NCBI RefSeq assembly: GCF_964204645.1
Contig: NW_027437468.1
Coordinates: 1-64,000 of the forward strand
Direction of reading: 5' to 3'
Source of the DNA: Tubulanus polymorphus
Lineage: Eukaryota; Animalia; Nemertea
DNA: 64,000 nt
Positions 8,301 through 23,300 of the stretch are shown here, piece after piece. Both the position numbers and the translations under genes were made by a program. Below the pieces are notes generated by a model. That model saw nothing but the letters and a program-made list of their open reading frames with translations, did no database searches and had not been told where the DNA came from. Position 1 is the stretch's first letter. Each line of letters begins with the position of its first letter.

Positions 8301-11300
8301 AAAATTCTGATTCTTTCCACCTATCTATTTAAAATCAGTTCAATACGCCTTAACCCATCTTTTCAGATTGAATCCATCAACTTCAGAAGCATAAGTAGTC
8401 AGAAAATTCTTAATCTTTCAACCAATCTATTAAAAATCAGTTCTGTACATACTACTAACCCATCAATTAAGATAGAATTCATCATCTTTAGAACCATATT
8501 TAGCTAGAAAAATCTGTATCTTTCAACCCATCTACTCGAAATAAGTTCAGTTTACCTTAACCTATCATTTCGGATCGAGTCTATCATCTTCAGAACCAAA
8601 TGCAGCCAGAAAATTCTCATTCTTTCCACCTATCTATTTAAAATCAGTTCAATACGCCTTAACCCATCTTTTCAGATTGAATCCATCAACTTCAGAAGCA
8701 TAAGTAGTCAGAAAATTCTTAATCTTTCAACCAATCTATTAAAAATCAGTTCTGTACATCCTAACCCATCAATTAAGATAGAATTCATCATCTTTAGAAC
8801 CATATTTAGCTAGAAAAATCTGTATCTTTCAACCCATCTACTCGAAATAAGTTCAGTTTACCTTATCCTATCATTTCATATCGAGTCTATCATCCTCAGA
8901 ACAGAAAGCAGCCAGAAAATTCTGATTCTTTCAACCTATCTATTTGAAATCAGTTCAATACGCCTTAACCCATCTTTTCACATTGATCCATCATCTTCAG
9001 AACCAAAAGCAGCCAGAAAATTCGGTTTCTTTCCACCTATCTATTTGAAATCAGTTCAATACGCCTTAACCCATCTTTTCACATTGATCCATCATCTTTA
9101 GAAACAAAAGCAGCTAGAAAATTCGGTTTCTTTCCACCTATCTATTTGAAATCAGTTCAATAAGCCTTAACCCATCTTTTCAGATTGAATCCATCATCTT
9201 TAGAACCAAAAGCAGCCAGAAAATTCGGTTTCTTTCCACCTATCTATTTGAAATCAGTTCAATACGCCTTTACTCATCTTTTCAGATTGAATCCATCATC
9301 TTTAGAACCAAAAGCAGCCAGAAAATTCGGTTTCTTTCCACCTATCTATTTGAAATCAGTTCAATACGCCTTCACCCATCTTTTCAGATTGAATCCATCA
9401 TCTTTAGAACCAAAAGCAGCCAGAAAATTCTGTTTCTTTCCACCTATCTATTTGAAATCAGTTCAATACGCCTTTACTCATCTTTTCAGATTGAATCCAT
9501 CATCTTTAGAACCAAAAGCAGCCAGAAAATTCGGTTTCTTTCCACCTATCTATTTGAAATCAGTTCAATACGCCTTCACCCATCTTTTCAGATTGAATCC
9601 ATCATCTTCAGAACCAAAAGCAGCCAGAAAATTCTTATTCTTTCCACCTATCTATTTGATATCGGTTCAATACACCCAAACCCATCAATTAAGTTATATT
9701 TCATCATCTTTAGAACCATATTTAGCTAGAAAAATCTGTTTCTTTCAACCAATCTACTCGAAATAAGTTCAGTTTACCTTAACCTATCATTTCGGATCGA
9801 GTCTATCATCTTCAGAACCAAATGCAGCCAGAAAATTCTGATTCTTTCCACCTATCTATTTTAAATCAGTTCAATACGCCTTTACTCATCTTTTCAGATT
9901 GAATCCATCATCTTTAGAACCAAAAGCAGCCAGAAAATTCTGTTTCTTTCCACCTATCTATTTGAAATCAGTTCAATACGCCTTTACTCATCTTTTCAGA
10001 TTGAATCCATCATCTTTAGAACCAAAAGCAGCTAGAAAATTCTGTTTCTTTCCACCTATCTATTTGAAATCAGTTCAATACGCCTTTACTCATCTTTTCA
10101 GATTGAATCCATCATCTTCAGAACCAAAAGCAGCCAGAAAATTCTTATTCTTTCCACCTATCTATTTGATATCAGTTCAATACACCCAAACCCATCAATT
10201 AAGATAGAATTCATCATCTTTAGAACCATATTTAGCTAGAAAAATCTGTATCTTTCAACCCATCTACTCGAAATAAGTTCAGTTTACCTTAACCTATCAT
10301 TTCGGAACGAGTCTATCATCTTCAGAACCAAATGCAGCCAGAAAATTCTGATTCTTTCCACCTATCTATTTTAAATCAGTTCAATACGCCTTTACTCATC
10401 TTTTCAGATTGAATCCATCATCTTTAGAACCAAAAGCAGCCAGAAAATTCGGTTTCTTTCCACCTATCTATTTGAAATCAGTTCAATACGCCTTAACCCA
10501 TCTTTTCACATTGATCCATCATCTTTAGAAACAAAAGCAGCCAGAAAATTCGGTTTCTTTCCACCTATCTATTTGAAATCAGTTCAATACGCCTTAACCC
10601 ATCTTTTCAGATTGAATCCATCATCTTCAGAACCAAAAGCAGCCAGAAAATTCGGTTTCTTTCCACCTATCTATTTGAAATCAGTTCAATACGCCTTAAC
10701 CCATCTTTTCAGATTGAATCCATCATCTTCAGAACCAAAAGCAGCCAGAAAATTCGGTTTCTTTCCACCTATCTATTTGAAATCAGTTCAATACACCCAA
10801 ACCCATCAATTAAGTTATAATTCATCATCTTTAGAACCATATTTCGCTAGAAAAATCTGTATCTTTCAACCCATCTACTCGAAATAAGTTCAGTTTACCT
10901 TAACCTATCATTTCGGATCGAGTCTATCATCTTCAGAACCAAATGCAGCCAGAAAATTCTTATTCTTTCCACCTATCTATTTGAAATCAGTTCAATACAC
11001 CCAAACCCATCAATTAAGTTATAATTCATCATCTTTAGAACCATATTTAGCTAGAAAAATCTGTATCTTTCAACCCATCTACTCGAAATAAGTTCAGTTT
11101 ACCTTAACCTATCATTTCGGATCGAGTCTATCATCTTCAGAACCAAATGCAGCCAGAAAATTCTGATTCTTTCCACCTATCTATTTGAAATCAGTTCAAT
11201 ACGTCTTTACTCATCTTTTCAGATTGAATCCATCATCTTCAGAACCAAAAGCAGCCAGAAAATTCTTATTCTTTCCACCTATCTATTTGATATCAGTTCA

Positions 11301-14300
11301 ATACACCCAAACCCATCAATTAAGATAGAATTCATCATCTTCAGAACCAAAAGCAGCCAGAAAATTCGGTTTCTTTCCACCTATCTATTTGAAATCAGTT
11401 CAATACGCCTTTACTCATCTTTTCAGATTGAATCCATCATCTTTAGAACCAAAAGCAGCCAGAAAATTCGGTTTCTTTCCACCTATCTATTTGAAATCAG
11501 TTCAATACGCCTTAACCCATCTTTTCACATTGATCCATCATCTTTAGAAACAAAAGCAGCTAGAAAATTCGGTTTCTTTCCACCTATCTATTTGAAATCA
11601 GTTCAATAAGCCTTAACCCATCTTTTCAGATTGAATCCATCATCTTTAGAACCAAAAGCAGCCAGAAAATTCGGTTTCTTTCCACCTATCTATTTGAAAT
11701 CAGTTCAATACGCCTTTACTCATCTTTTCAGATTGAATCCATCATCTTTAGAACCAAAAGCAGCCAGAAAATTCTGTTTCTTTCCACCTATCTATTTGAA
11801 ATCAGTTCAATACGCCTTAACCCATCTTTTCAGATTGAATCCATCATCTTTAGAACCAAAAGCAGCCAGAAAATTCTGTTTCTTTCCACCTATCTATTTG
11901 AAATCAGTTCAATACGCCTTCACCCATCTTTTCAGATTGAATCCATCATCTTTAGAACCAAAAGCAGCCAGAAAATTCGGTTTCTTTCCACCTATCTATT
12001 TGAAATCAGTTCAATACGCCTTTACTCATCTTTTCAGATTGAATCCATCATCTTTAGAACCAAAAGCAGCCAGAAAATTCTGTTTCTTTCCACCTATCTA
12101 TTTGAAATCAGTTCAATACGCCTTAACCCATCTTTTCAGATTGAATCCATCATCTTTAGAACCAAAAGCAGCCAGAAAATTCTTATTCTTTCCACCTATC
12201 TATTTGATATCAGTTCAATACACCCAAACCCATCAATTAAGATAGAATTCATCATCTTTAGAACCATATTTAGCTAGAAAAATCTGTATCTTTCAACCCA
12301 TCTACTCGAAATAAGTTCAGTTTACCTTAACCTATCATTTCGGAACGAGTCTATCATCTTCAGAACCAAATGCAGCCAGAAAATTCTGATTCTTTCCACC
12401 TATCTATTTTAAATCAGTTCAATACGCCTTTACTCATCTTTTCAGATTGAATCCATCATCTTTAGAACCAAAAGCAGCCAGAAAATTCTGTTTCTTTCCA
12501 CCTATCTATTTGAAATCAGTTCAATACGCCTTTACTCATCTTTTCAGATTGAATCCATCATCTTTAGAACCAAAAGCAGCCAGAAAATTCTGTTTCTTTC
12601 CACCTATCTATTTGAAATCAGTTCAATACGCCTTTACTCATCTTTTCAGATTGAATCCATCATCTTCAGAACCAAAAGCAGCCAGAAAATTCTTATTCTT
12701 TCCACCTATCTATTTGAAATCAGTTCAATACGCCTTTACTCATCTTTTCAGATTGAATCCATCATCTTCAGAACCAAAAGCAGCCAGAAAATTCGGTTTC
12801 TTTCCACCTATCTATTTGAAATCAGTTCAATACGCCCTAACCCATCTTTTCACATTGATCCATCATCTTTAGAAACAAAAGCAGCCAGAAAATTCTGTTT
12901 CTTTCCACCTATCTTTTTGAAATCAGTTCAATACGCCCTAACTCATCTTTTCAGATTGAATCCATCATCTTCAGAACCAAAAGCAGCCAGAAAATTCGGT
13001 TTCTTTCCACCTATCTATTTGAAATCAGTTCAATACGCCTTAACCCATCTTTTCACATTGATCCATCATCTTCAGAACCAAAAGCAGCCAGAAAATTCTG
13101 TTTCTTTCCACCTATCTATTTGAAATCAGTTCAATACGCCTTTACTCATCTTATCAGATTGAATCCATCATCTTCAGAACCAAAAGCAGCCAGAAAATTC
13201 TTATTCTTTCCACCTATCTATTTGATATCGGTTCAATACACCCAAACCCATCAATTAAGTTATATTTCATCATCTTTAGAACCATATTTAGCTAGAAAAA
13301 TCTGTTTCTTTCAACCAATCTACTCGAAATAAGTTCAGTTTACCTTAACCTATCATTTCGGATCGAGTCTATCATCTTCAGAACCAAATGCAGCCAGAAA
13401 ATTCTGATTCTTTCAACCTATCTATTTGAAATCAGTTCAATAAGCCTTAACCCATCTTTTCAGATTGAATCCATCATCTTTAGAACCAAAAGCAGCCAGA
13501 AAATTCTGTTTCTTTCCACCTATCTATTTGAAATCAGTTCAATACGCCTTTACTCATCTTTTCACATTGATCCATCATCTTTAGAAACAAAAGCAGCCAG
13601 AAAATTCGGTTTCTTTCCACCTATCTATTTGAAATCAGTTCAATACGCCTTTACTCATCTTTTCAGATTGAATCCATCATCTTCAGAACCAAAAGCAGCC
13701 AGAAAATTCTGTTTCTTTCCACCTATCTATTTGAAATCAGTTCAATACGCCTTTACTCATCTTTTCAGATTGAATCCATCATCTTTAGAACCAAAAGCAG
13801 CCAGAAAATTCTGTTTCTTTCCACCTATCTATTTGAAATCAGTTCAATACGCCTTAACCCATCTTTTCAGATTGAATCCATCATCTTTAGAACCAAAAGC
13901 AGCCAGAAAATTCTGTTTCTTTCCACCTATCTATTTGAAATCAGTTCAATACGCCTTAACCCATCTTTTCAGATTGAATCCATCATCTTTAGAACCAAAA
14001 GCAGCCAGAAAATTCTTATTCTTTCCACCTATCTATTTGATATCAGTTCAATACACCCAAACCCATCAATTAAGATAGAATTCATCATCTTTAGAACCAT
14101 ATTTAGCTAGAAAAATCTGTATCTTTCAACCCATCTACTCGAAATAAGTTCAGTTTACCTTAACCTATCATTTCGGAACGAGTCTATCATCTTCAGAACC
14201 AAATGCAGCCAGAAAATTCTGATTCTTTCCACCTATCTATTTTAAATCAGTTCAATACGCCTTTACTCATCTTTTCAGATTGAATCCATCATCTTTAGAA

Positions 14301-17300
14301 CCAAAAGCAGCCAGAAAATTCTGTTTCTTTCCACCTATCTATTTGAAATCAGTTCAATACGCCTTTACTCATCTTTTCAGATTGAATCCATCATCTTTAG
14401 AACCAAAAGCAGCCAGAAAATTCTTATTCTTTCCACCTATCTATTTGATATCAGTTCAATACACCCAAACCCATCAATTAAGATAGAATTCATCATCTTT
14501 AGAACCATATTTAGCTAGAAAAATCTGTATCTTTCAACCCATCTACTCGAAATAAGTTCAGTTTACCTTAACCTATCATTTCGGAACGAGTCTATCATCT
14601 TCAGAACCAAATGCAGCCAGAAAATTCTGATTCTTTCCACCTATCTATTTTAAATCAGTTCAATACGCCTTTACTCATCTTTTCAGATTGAATCCATCAT
14701 CTTTAGAACCAAAAGCAGCCAGAAAATTCGGTTTCTTTCCACCTATCTATTTGAAATCAGTTCAATACGCCTTAACCCATCTTTTCACATTGATCCATCA
14801 TCTTTAGAAACAAAAGCAGCCAGAAAATTCGGTTTCTTTCCACCTATCTATTTGAAATCAGTTCAATACGCCTTAACCCATCTTTTCAGATTGAATCCAT
14901 CATCTTCAGAACCAAAAGCAGCCAGAAAATTCGGTTTCTTTCCACCTATCTATTTGAAATCAGTTCAATACGCCTTAACCCATCTTTTCAGATTGAATCC
15001 ATCATCTTCAGAACCAAAAGCAGCCAGAAAATTCGGTTTCTTTCCACCTATCTATTTGAAATCAGTTCAATACACCCAAACCCATCAATTAAGTTATAAT
15101 TCATCATCTTTAGAACCATATTTCGCTAGAAAAATCTGTATCTTTCAACCCATCTACTCGAAATAAGTTCAGTTTACCTTAACCTATCATTTCGGATCGA
15201 GTCTATCATCTTCAGAACCAAATGCAGCCAGAAAATTCTTATTCTTTCCACCTATCTATTTGAAATCAGTTCAATACGTCTTTACTCATCTTTTCAGATT
15301 GAATCCATCATCTTCAGAACCAAAAGCAGCCAGAAAATTCTTATTCTTTCCACCTATCTATTTGAAATCAGTTCAATACGCCTTTACTCATCTTTTCAGA
15401 TTGAATCCATCATCTTTAGAACCAAAAGCAGCCAGAAAATTCTGTTTCTTTCCACCTATCTATTTGAAATCAGTTCAATACGCCTTTACTCATCTTTTCA
15501 GATTGAATCCATCATCTTCAGAACCAAAAGCAGCCAGAAAATTCTTATTCTTTCCACCTATCTATTTGATATCAGTTCAATACACCCAAACCCATCAATT
15601 AAGATAGAATTCATCATCTTTAGAACCATATTTAGCTAGAAAAATCTGTATCTTTCAACCCATCTACTCGAAATAAGTTCAGTTTACCTTAACCTATCAT
15701 TTCGGATCGAGTCTATCATCTTCAGAACCAAATGCAGCCAGAAAATTCTCATTCTTTCCACCTATCTATTTAAAATCAGTTCAATACGCCTTAACCCATC
15801 TTTTCAGATTGAATCCATCAACTTCAGAAGCATAAGTAGTCAGAAAATTCTTAATCTTTCAACCAATCTATTAAAAATCAGTTCTGTACATCCTAACCCA
15901 TCAATTAAGATAGAATTCATCATCTTTAGAACCATATTTAGCTAGCAAAATCTGTATCTTTCAACCCATCTACTCGAAATAAGTTCAGTTTACCTTATCC
16001 TATCATTTCAGATCGAGTCTATCATCCTCAGAACAGAAAGCAGCCAGAAAATTCTGATTCTTTCAACCTATCTATTTGAAATCAGTTCAATACGACTTTA
16101 CTCATCTTTTCAGATTGAATCCATCATCTTCAGAACCAAAAGCAGCCAGAAAATTCTGATTCTTTCAACCTATCTATTTGAAATCAGTTCAATACGCCTT
16201 TACTCATCTTTTCAGATTGAATCCATCATCTTTAGAACCAAAAGCAGCCAGAAAATTCTGTTTCTTTCCACCTATCTATTTGAAATCAGTTCAATACGCC
16301 TTTACTCATCTTTTCAGATTGAATCCATCATCTTCAGAACCAAAAGCAGCCAGAAAATTCTTATTCTTTCCACCTATCTATTTGATATCAGTTCAATACA
16401 CCCAAACCCATCAATTAAGATAGAATTCATCATCTTTAGAACCATATTTAGCTAGAAAAATCTGTATCTTTCAACCCATCTACTCGAAATAAGTTCAGTT
16501 TACCTTAACCTATCATTTCGGATCGAGTCTATCATCTTCAGAACCAAATGCAGCCAGAAAATTCTCATTCTTTCCACCTATCTATTTGAAATCAGTTCAA
16601 TACGCCTTTACTCATCTTTTCAGATTGAATCCATCATCTTTAGAACCAAAAGCAGCCAGAAAATTCTGTTTCTTTCCACCTATCTATTTGAAATCAGTTC
16701 AATACGCCTTTACTCATCTTTTCAGATTGAATCCATCATCTTCAGAACCAAAAGCAGCCAGAAAATTCTTATTCTTTCCACCTATCTATTTGATATCAGT
16801 TCAATACACCCAAACCCATCAATTAAGATAGAATTCATCATCTTTAGAACCATATTTAGCTAGAAAAATCTGTATCTTTCAACCCATCTACTCGAAATAA
16901 GTTCAGTTTACCTTAACCTATCATTTCGGATCGAGTCTATCATCTTCAGATCCAAATGCAGCCAGAAAATTCTGATTCTTTCCACCAATCTATTTGAAAT
17001 CAGTTCAATAAGCCTTAACCCATCTTTTCAGATTGAATCCATCATCTTTAGAACCAAAAGCAGCCAGAAAATTCGGTTTCTTTCCACCTATCTATTTGAA
17101 ATCAGTTCAATACGCCTTAACCCATCTTTTCACATTGATCCATCATCTTTAGAAACAAAAGCAGCCAGAAAATTCTGTTTCTTTCCACCTATCTTTTTGA
17201 AATCAGTTCAATACGCCCTAACTCATCTTTTCAGATTGAATCCATCATCTTCAGAACCAAAAGCAGCCAGAAAATTCGGTTTCTTTCCACCTATCTATTT

Positions 17301-20300
17301 GAAATCAGTTCAATACACCCAAACCCATCAATTAAGTTATAATTCATCATCTTTAGAACCATATTTCGCTAGAAAAATCTGTATCTTTCAACCCATCTAC
17401 TCGAAATAAGTTCAGTTTACCTTAACCTATCATTTCGGATCGAGTCTATCATCTTCAGAACCAAATGCAGCCAGAAAATTCTTATTCTTTCCACCTATCT
17501 ATTTGAAATCAGTTCAATACACCCAAACCCATCAATTAAGTTATAATTCATCATCTTTAGAACCATATTTAGCTAGAAAAATCTGTATCTTTCAACCCAT
17601 CTACTCGAAATAAGTTCAGTTTACCTTAACCTATCATTTCGGATCGAGTCTATCATCTTCAGAACCAAATGCAGCCAGAAAATTCTCATTCTTTCCACCT
17701 ATCTATTTAAAATCAGTTCAATACGCCTTAACCCATCTTTTCAGATTGAATCCATCAACTTCAGAAGCATAAGTAGTCAGAAAATTCTTAATCTTTCAAC
17801 CAATCTATTAAAAATCAGTTCTGTACATCCTAACCCATCAATTAAGATAGAATTCATCATCTTTAGAACCATATTTAGCTAGAAAAATCTGTATCTTTCA
17901 ACCCATCTACTCGAAATAAGTTCAGTTTACCTTATCCTATCATTTCAGATCGAGTCTATCATCCTCAGAACAGAAAGCAGCCAGAAAATTCTGATTCTTT
18001 CAACCTATCTATTTAAAATCAGTTCAATACGCCTTTACTCATCTTTTCAGATTGAATCCATCATCTTCAGAACCAAAAGCAGCCAGAAAATTCTGTTTCT
18101 TTCCACCTATCTATTTGAAATCAGTTCAATACGCCTTTACTCATCTTTTCAGATTGAATCCATCATCTTTAGAACCAAAAGCAGCCAGAAAATTCTGTTT
18201 CTTTCCACCTATCTATTTGAAATCAGTTCAATACGCCTTTACTCATCTTTTCAGATTGAATCCATCATCTTCAGAACCAAAAGCAGCCAGAAAATTCTTA
18301 TTCTTTCCACCTATCTATTTGATATCAGTTCAATACACCCAAACCCATCAATTAAGATAGAATTCATCATCTTTAGAACCATATTTAGCTAGAAAAATCT
18401 GTATCTTTCAACCCATCTACTCGAAATAAGTTCAGTTTACCTTAACCTATCATTTCGGATCGAGTCTATCATCTTCAGAACCAAATGCAGCCAGAAAATT
18501 CTCATTCTTTCCACCTATCTATTTGAAATCAGTTCAATACGCCTTTACTCATCTTTTCAGATTGAATCCATCATCTTTAGAACCAAAAGCAGCCAGAAAA
18601 TTCTGTTTCTTTCCACCTATCTATTTGAAATCAGTTCAATACGCCTTTACTCATCTTTTCAGATTGAATCCATCATCTTCAGAACCAAAAGCAGCCAGAA
18701 AATTCTTATTCTTTCCACCTATCTATTTGATATCAGTTCAATACACCCAAACCCATCAATTAAGATAGAATTCATCATCTTTAGAACCATATTTAGCTAG
18801 AAAAATCTGTATCTTTCAACCCATCTACTCAAAATAAGTTCAGTTTACCTTAACCTATCATTTCGGATCGAGTCTATCATCTTCAGAACCAAATGCAGCC
18901 AGAAAATTCTCATTCTTTCCACCTATCTATTTGAAATCAGTTCAATACGCCTTTACTCATCTTTTCAGATTGAATCCATCATCTTTAGAACCAAAAGCAG
19001 CCAGAAAATTCTGTTTCTTTCCACCTATCTATTTGAAATCAGTTCAATACGCCTTTACTCATCTTTTCAGATTGAATCCATCATCTTCAGAACCAAAAGC
19101 AGCCAGAAAATTCTTATTCTTTCCACCTATCTATTTGATATCAGTTCAATACACCCAAACCCATCAATTAAGATAGAATTCATCATCTTTAGAACCATAT
19201 TTAGCTAGAAAAATCTGTATCTTTCAACCCATCTACTCGAAATAAGTTCAGTTTACCTTAACCTATCATTTCGGATCGAGTCTATCATCTTCAGAACCAA
19301 ATGCAGCCAGAAAATTCTGATTCTTTCCACCAATCTATTTGAAATCAGTTCAATAAGCCTTAACCCATCTTTTCAGATTGAATCCATCATCTTTAGAACC
19401 AAAAGCAGCCAGAAAATTCTGTTTCTTTCCACCTATCTATTTGAAATCAGTTCAATACGCCTTAACCCATCTTTTCACATTGATCCATCATCTTTAGAAA
19501 CAAAAGCAGCCAGAAAATTCTGTTTCTTTCCACCTATCTTTTTGAAATCAGTTCAATACGCCCTAACTCATCTTTTCAGATTGAATCCATCATCTTCAGA
19601 ACCAAAAGCAGCCAGAAAATTCGGTTTCTTTCCACCTATCTATTTGAAATCAGTTCAATACACCCAAACCCATCAATTAAGTTATAATTCATCATCTTTA
19701 GAACCATATTTCGCTAGAAAAATCTGTATCTTTCAACCCATCTACTCGAAATAAGTTCAGTTTACCTTAACCTATCATTTCGGATCGAGTCTATCATCTT
19801 CAGAACCAAATGCAGCCAGAAAATTCTTATTCTTTCCACCTATCTATTTGAAATCAGTTCAATACACCCAAACCCATCAATTAAGTTATAATTCATCATC
19901 TTTAGAACCATATTTAGCTAGAAAAATCTGTATCTTTCAACCCATCTACTCGAAATAAGTTCAGTTTACCTTAACCTATCATTTCGGATCGAGTCTATCA
20001 TCTTCAGAACCAAATGCAGCCAGAAAATTCTGATTCTTTCCACCTATCTATTTGAAATCAGTTCAATACGTCTTTACTCATCTTTTCAGATTGAATCCAT
20101 CATCTTTAGAACCAAAAGCAGCCAGAAAATTCTGTTTCTTTCCACCTATCTATTTGAAATCAGTTCAATACGCCTTTACTCATCTTTTCAGATTGAATCC
20201 ATCATCTTTAGAACCAAAAGCAGCCAGAAAATTCTGTTTCTTTCCACCTATCTATTTGAAATCAGTTCAATACGCCTTTACTCATCTTTTCAGATTGAAT

Positions 20301-23300
20301 CCATCATCTTTAGAACCAAAAGCAGCCAGAAAATTCTGTTTCTTTCCACCTATCTATTTGAAATCAGTTCAATACGCCTTTACTCATCTTTTCAGATTGA
20401 ATCCATCATCTTCAGAACCAAAAGCAGCCAGAAAATTCTTATTCTTTCCACCTATCTATTTGATATCAGTTCAATACACCCAAACCCATCAATTAAGATA
20501 GAATTCATCATCTTTAGAACCATATTTAGCTAGAAAAATCTGTATCTTTCAACCCATCTACTCGAAATAAGTTCAGTTTACCTTAACCTATCATTTCGGA
20601 TCGAGTCTATCATCTTCAGAACCAAATGCAGCCAGAAAATTCTTATTCTTTCCACCTATCTATTTGAAATCAGTTCAATACGCCTTTACTCATCTTTTCA
20701 GATTGAATCCATCATCTTCAGAACCAAAAGCAGCCAGAAAATTCTTATTCTTTCCACCTATCTATTTGATATCAGTTCAATACACCCAAACCCATCAATT
20801 AAGATAGAATTCATCATCTTTAGAACCATATTTAGCTAGAAAAATCTGTATCTTTTAACCCATCTACTCGAAATAAGTTCAGTTTACCTTAACCTATCAT
20901 TTCGGATCGAGTCTATCATCTTCAGAACCAAATGCAGCCAGAAAATTCTGATTCTTTCCACCAATCTATTTGAAATCAGTTCAATAAGCCTTTACTCATC
21001 TTTTCAGATTGAATCCATCATCTTTAGAACCAAAAGCAGCCAGAAAATTCTGTTTCTTTCCACCTATCTATTTGAAATCAGTTCAATACGCCTTTACTCA
21101 TCTTTTCAGATTGAATCCATCATCTTCAGAACCAAAAGCAGCCAGAAAATTCTTATTCTTTCCACCTATCTATTTGATATCAGTTCAATACACCCAAACC
21201 CATCAATTAAGATAGAATTCATCATCTTTAGAACCATATTTAGCTAGAAAAATCTGTATCTTTCAACCCATCTACTCGAAATAAGTTCAGTTTACCTTAA
21301 CCTATCATTTCGGATCGAGTCTATCATCTTCAGAACCAAATGCAGCCAGAAAATTCTGATTCTTTCCACCAATCTATTTGAAATCAGTTCAATAAGCCTT
21401 AACCCATCTTTTCAGATTGAATCCATCATCTTTAGAACCAAAAGCAGCCAGAAAATTCTGTTTCTTTCCACCTATCTATTTGAAATCAGTTCAATACGCC
21501 TTAACCCATCTTTTCACATTGATCCATCATCTTTAGAAACAAAAGCAGCCAGAAAATTCTGTTTCTTTCCACCTATCTTTTTGAAATCAGTTCAATACGC
21601 CCTAACTCATCTTTTCAGATTGAATCCATCATCTTCAGAACCAAAAGCAGCCAGAAAATTCGGTTTCTTTCCACCTATCTATTTGAAATCAGTTCAATAC
21701 ACCCAAACCCATCAATTAAGTTATAATTCATCATCTTTAGAACCATATTTCGCTAGAAAAATCTGTATCTTTCAACCCATCTACTCGAAATAAGTTCAGT
21801 TTACCTTAACCTATCATTTCGGATCGAGTCTATCATCTTCAGAACCAAATGCAGCCAGAAAATTCTTATTCTTTCCACCTATCTATTTGAAATCAGTTCA
21901 ATACACCCAAACCCATCAATTAAGTTATAATTCATCATCTTTAGAACCATATTTAGCTAGAAAAATCTGTATCTTTCAACCCATCTACTCGAAATAAGTT
22001 CAGTTTACCTTAACCTATCATTTCGGATCGAGTCTATCATCTTCAGAACCAAATGCAGCCAGAAAATTCTGATTCTTTCCACCTATCTATTTGAAATCAG
22101 TTCAATACGTCTTTACTCATCTTTTCAGATTGAATCCATCATCTTCAGAACCAAAAGCAGCCAGAAAATTCTGTTTCTTTCCACCTATCTATTTGAAATC
22201 AGTTCAATACGCCTTTACTCATCTTTTCAGATTGAATCCATCATCTTTAGAACCAAAAGCAGCCAGAAAATTCTGTTTCTTTCCACCTATCTATTTGAAA
22301 TCAGTTCAATACGCCTTTACTCATCTTTTCAGATTGAATCCATCATCTTTAGAACCAAAAGCAGCCAGAAAATTCTGTTTCTTTCCACCTATCTATTTGA
22401 AATCAGTTCAATACGCCTTTACTCATCTTTTCAGATTGAATCCATCATCTTCAGAACCAAAAGCAGCCAGAAAATTCTTATTCTTTCCACCTATCTATTT
22501 GATATCAGTTCAATACACCCAAACCCATCAATTAAGATAGAATTCATCATCTTTAGAACCATATTTAGCTAGAAAAATCTGTATCTTTCAACCCATCTAC
22601 TCGAAATAAGTTCAGTTTACCTTAACCTATCATTTCGGATCGAGTCTATCATCTTCAGAACCAAATGCAGCCAGAAAATTCTTATTCTTTCCACCTATCT
22701 ATTTGAAATCAGTTCAATACGCCTTTACTCATCTTTTCAGATTGAATCCATCATCTTTAGAACCAAAAGCAGCCAGAAAATTCTGTTTCTTTCCACCTAT
22801 CTATTTGAAATCAGTTCAATACGCCTTTACTCATCTTTTCAGATTGAATCCATCATCTTCAGAACCAAAAGCAGCCAGAAAATTCTTATTCTTTCCACCT
22901 ATCTATTTGATATCAGTTCAATACACCCAAACCCATCAATTAAGATAGAATTCATCATCTTTAGAACCATATTTAGCTAGAAAAATCTGTATCTTTTAAC
23001 CCATCTACTCGAAATAAGTTCAGTTTACCTTAACCTATCATTTCGGATCGAGTCTATCATCTTCAGAACCAAATGCAGCCAGAAAATTCTGATTCTTTCC
23101 ACCAATCTATTTGAAATCAGTTCAATAAGCCTTAACCCATCTTTTCAGATTGAATCCATCATCTTTAGAACCAAAAGCAGCCAGAAAATTCGGTTTCTTT
23201 CCACCTATCTATTTGAAATCAGTTCAATACGCCTTAACCCATCTTTTCACATTGATCCATCATCTTTAGAAACAAAAGCAGCCAGAAAATTCTGTTTCTT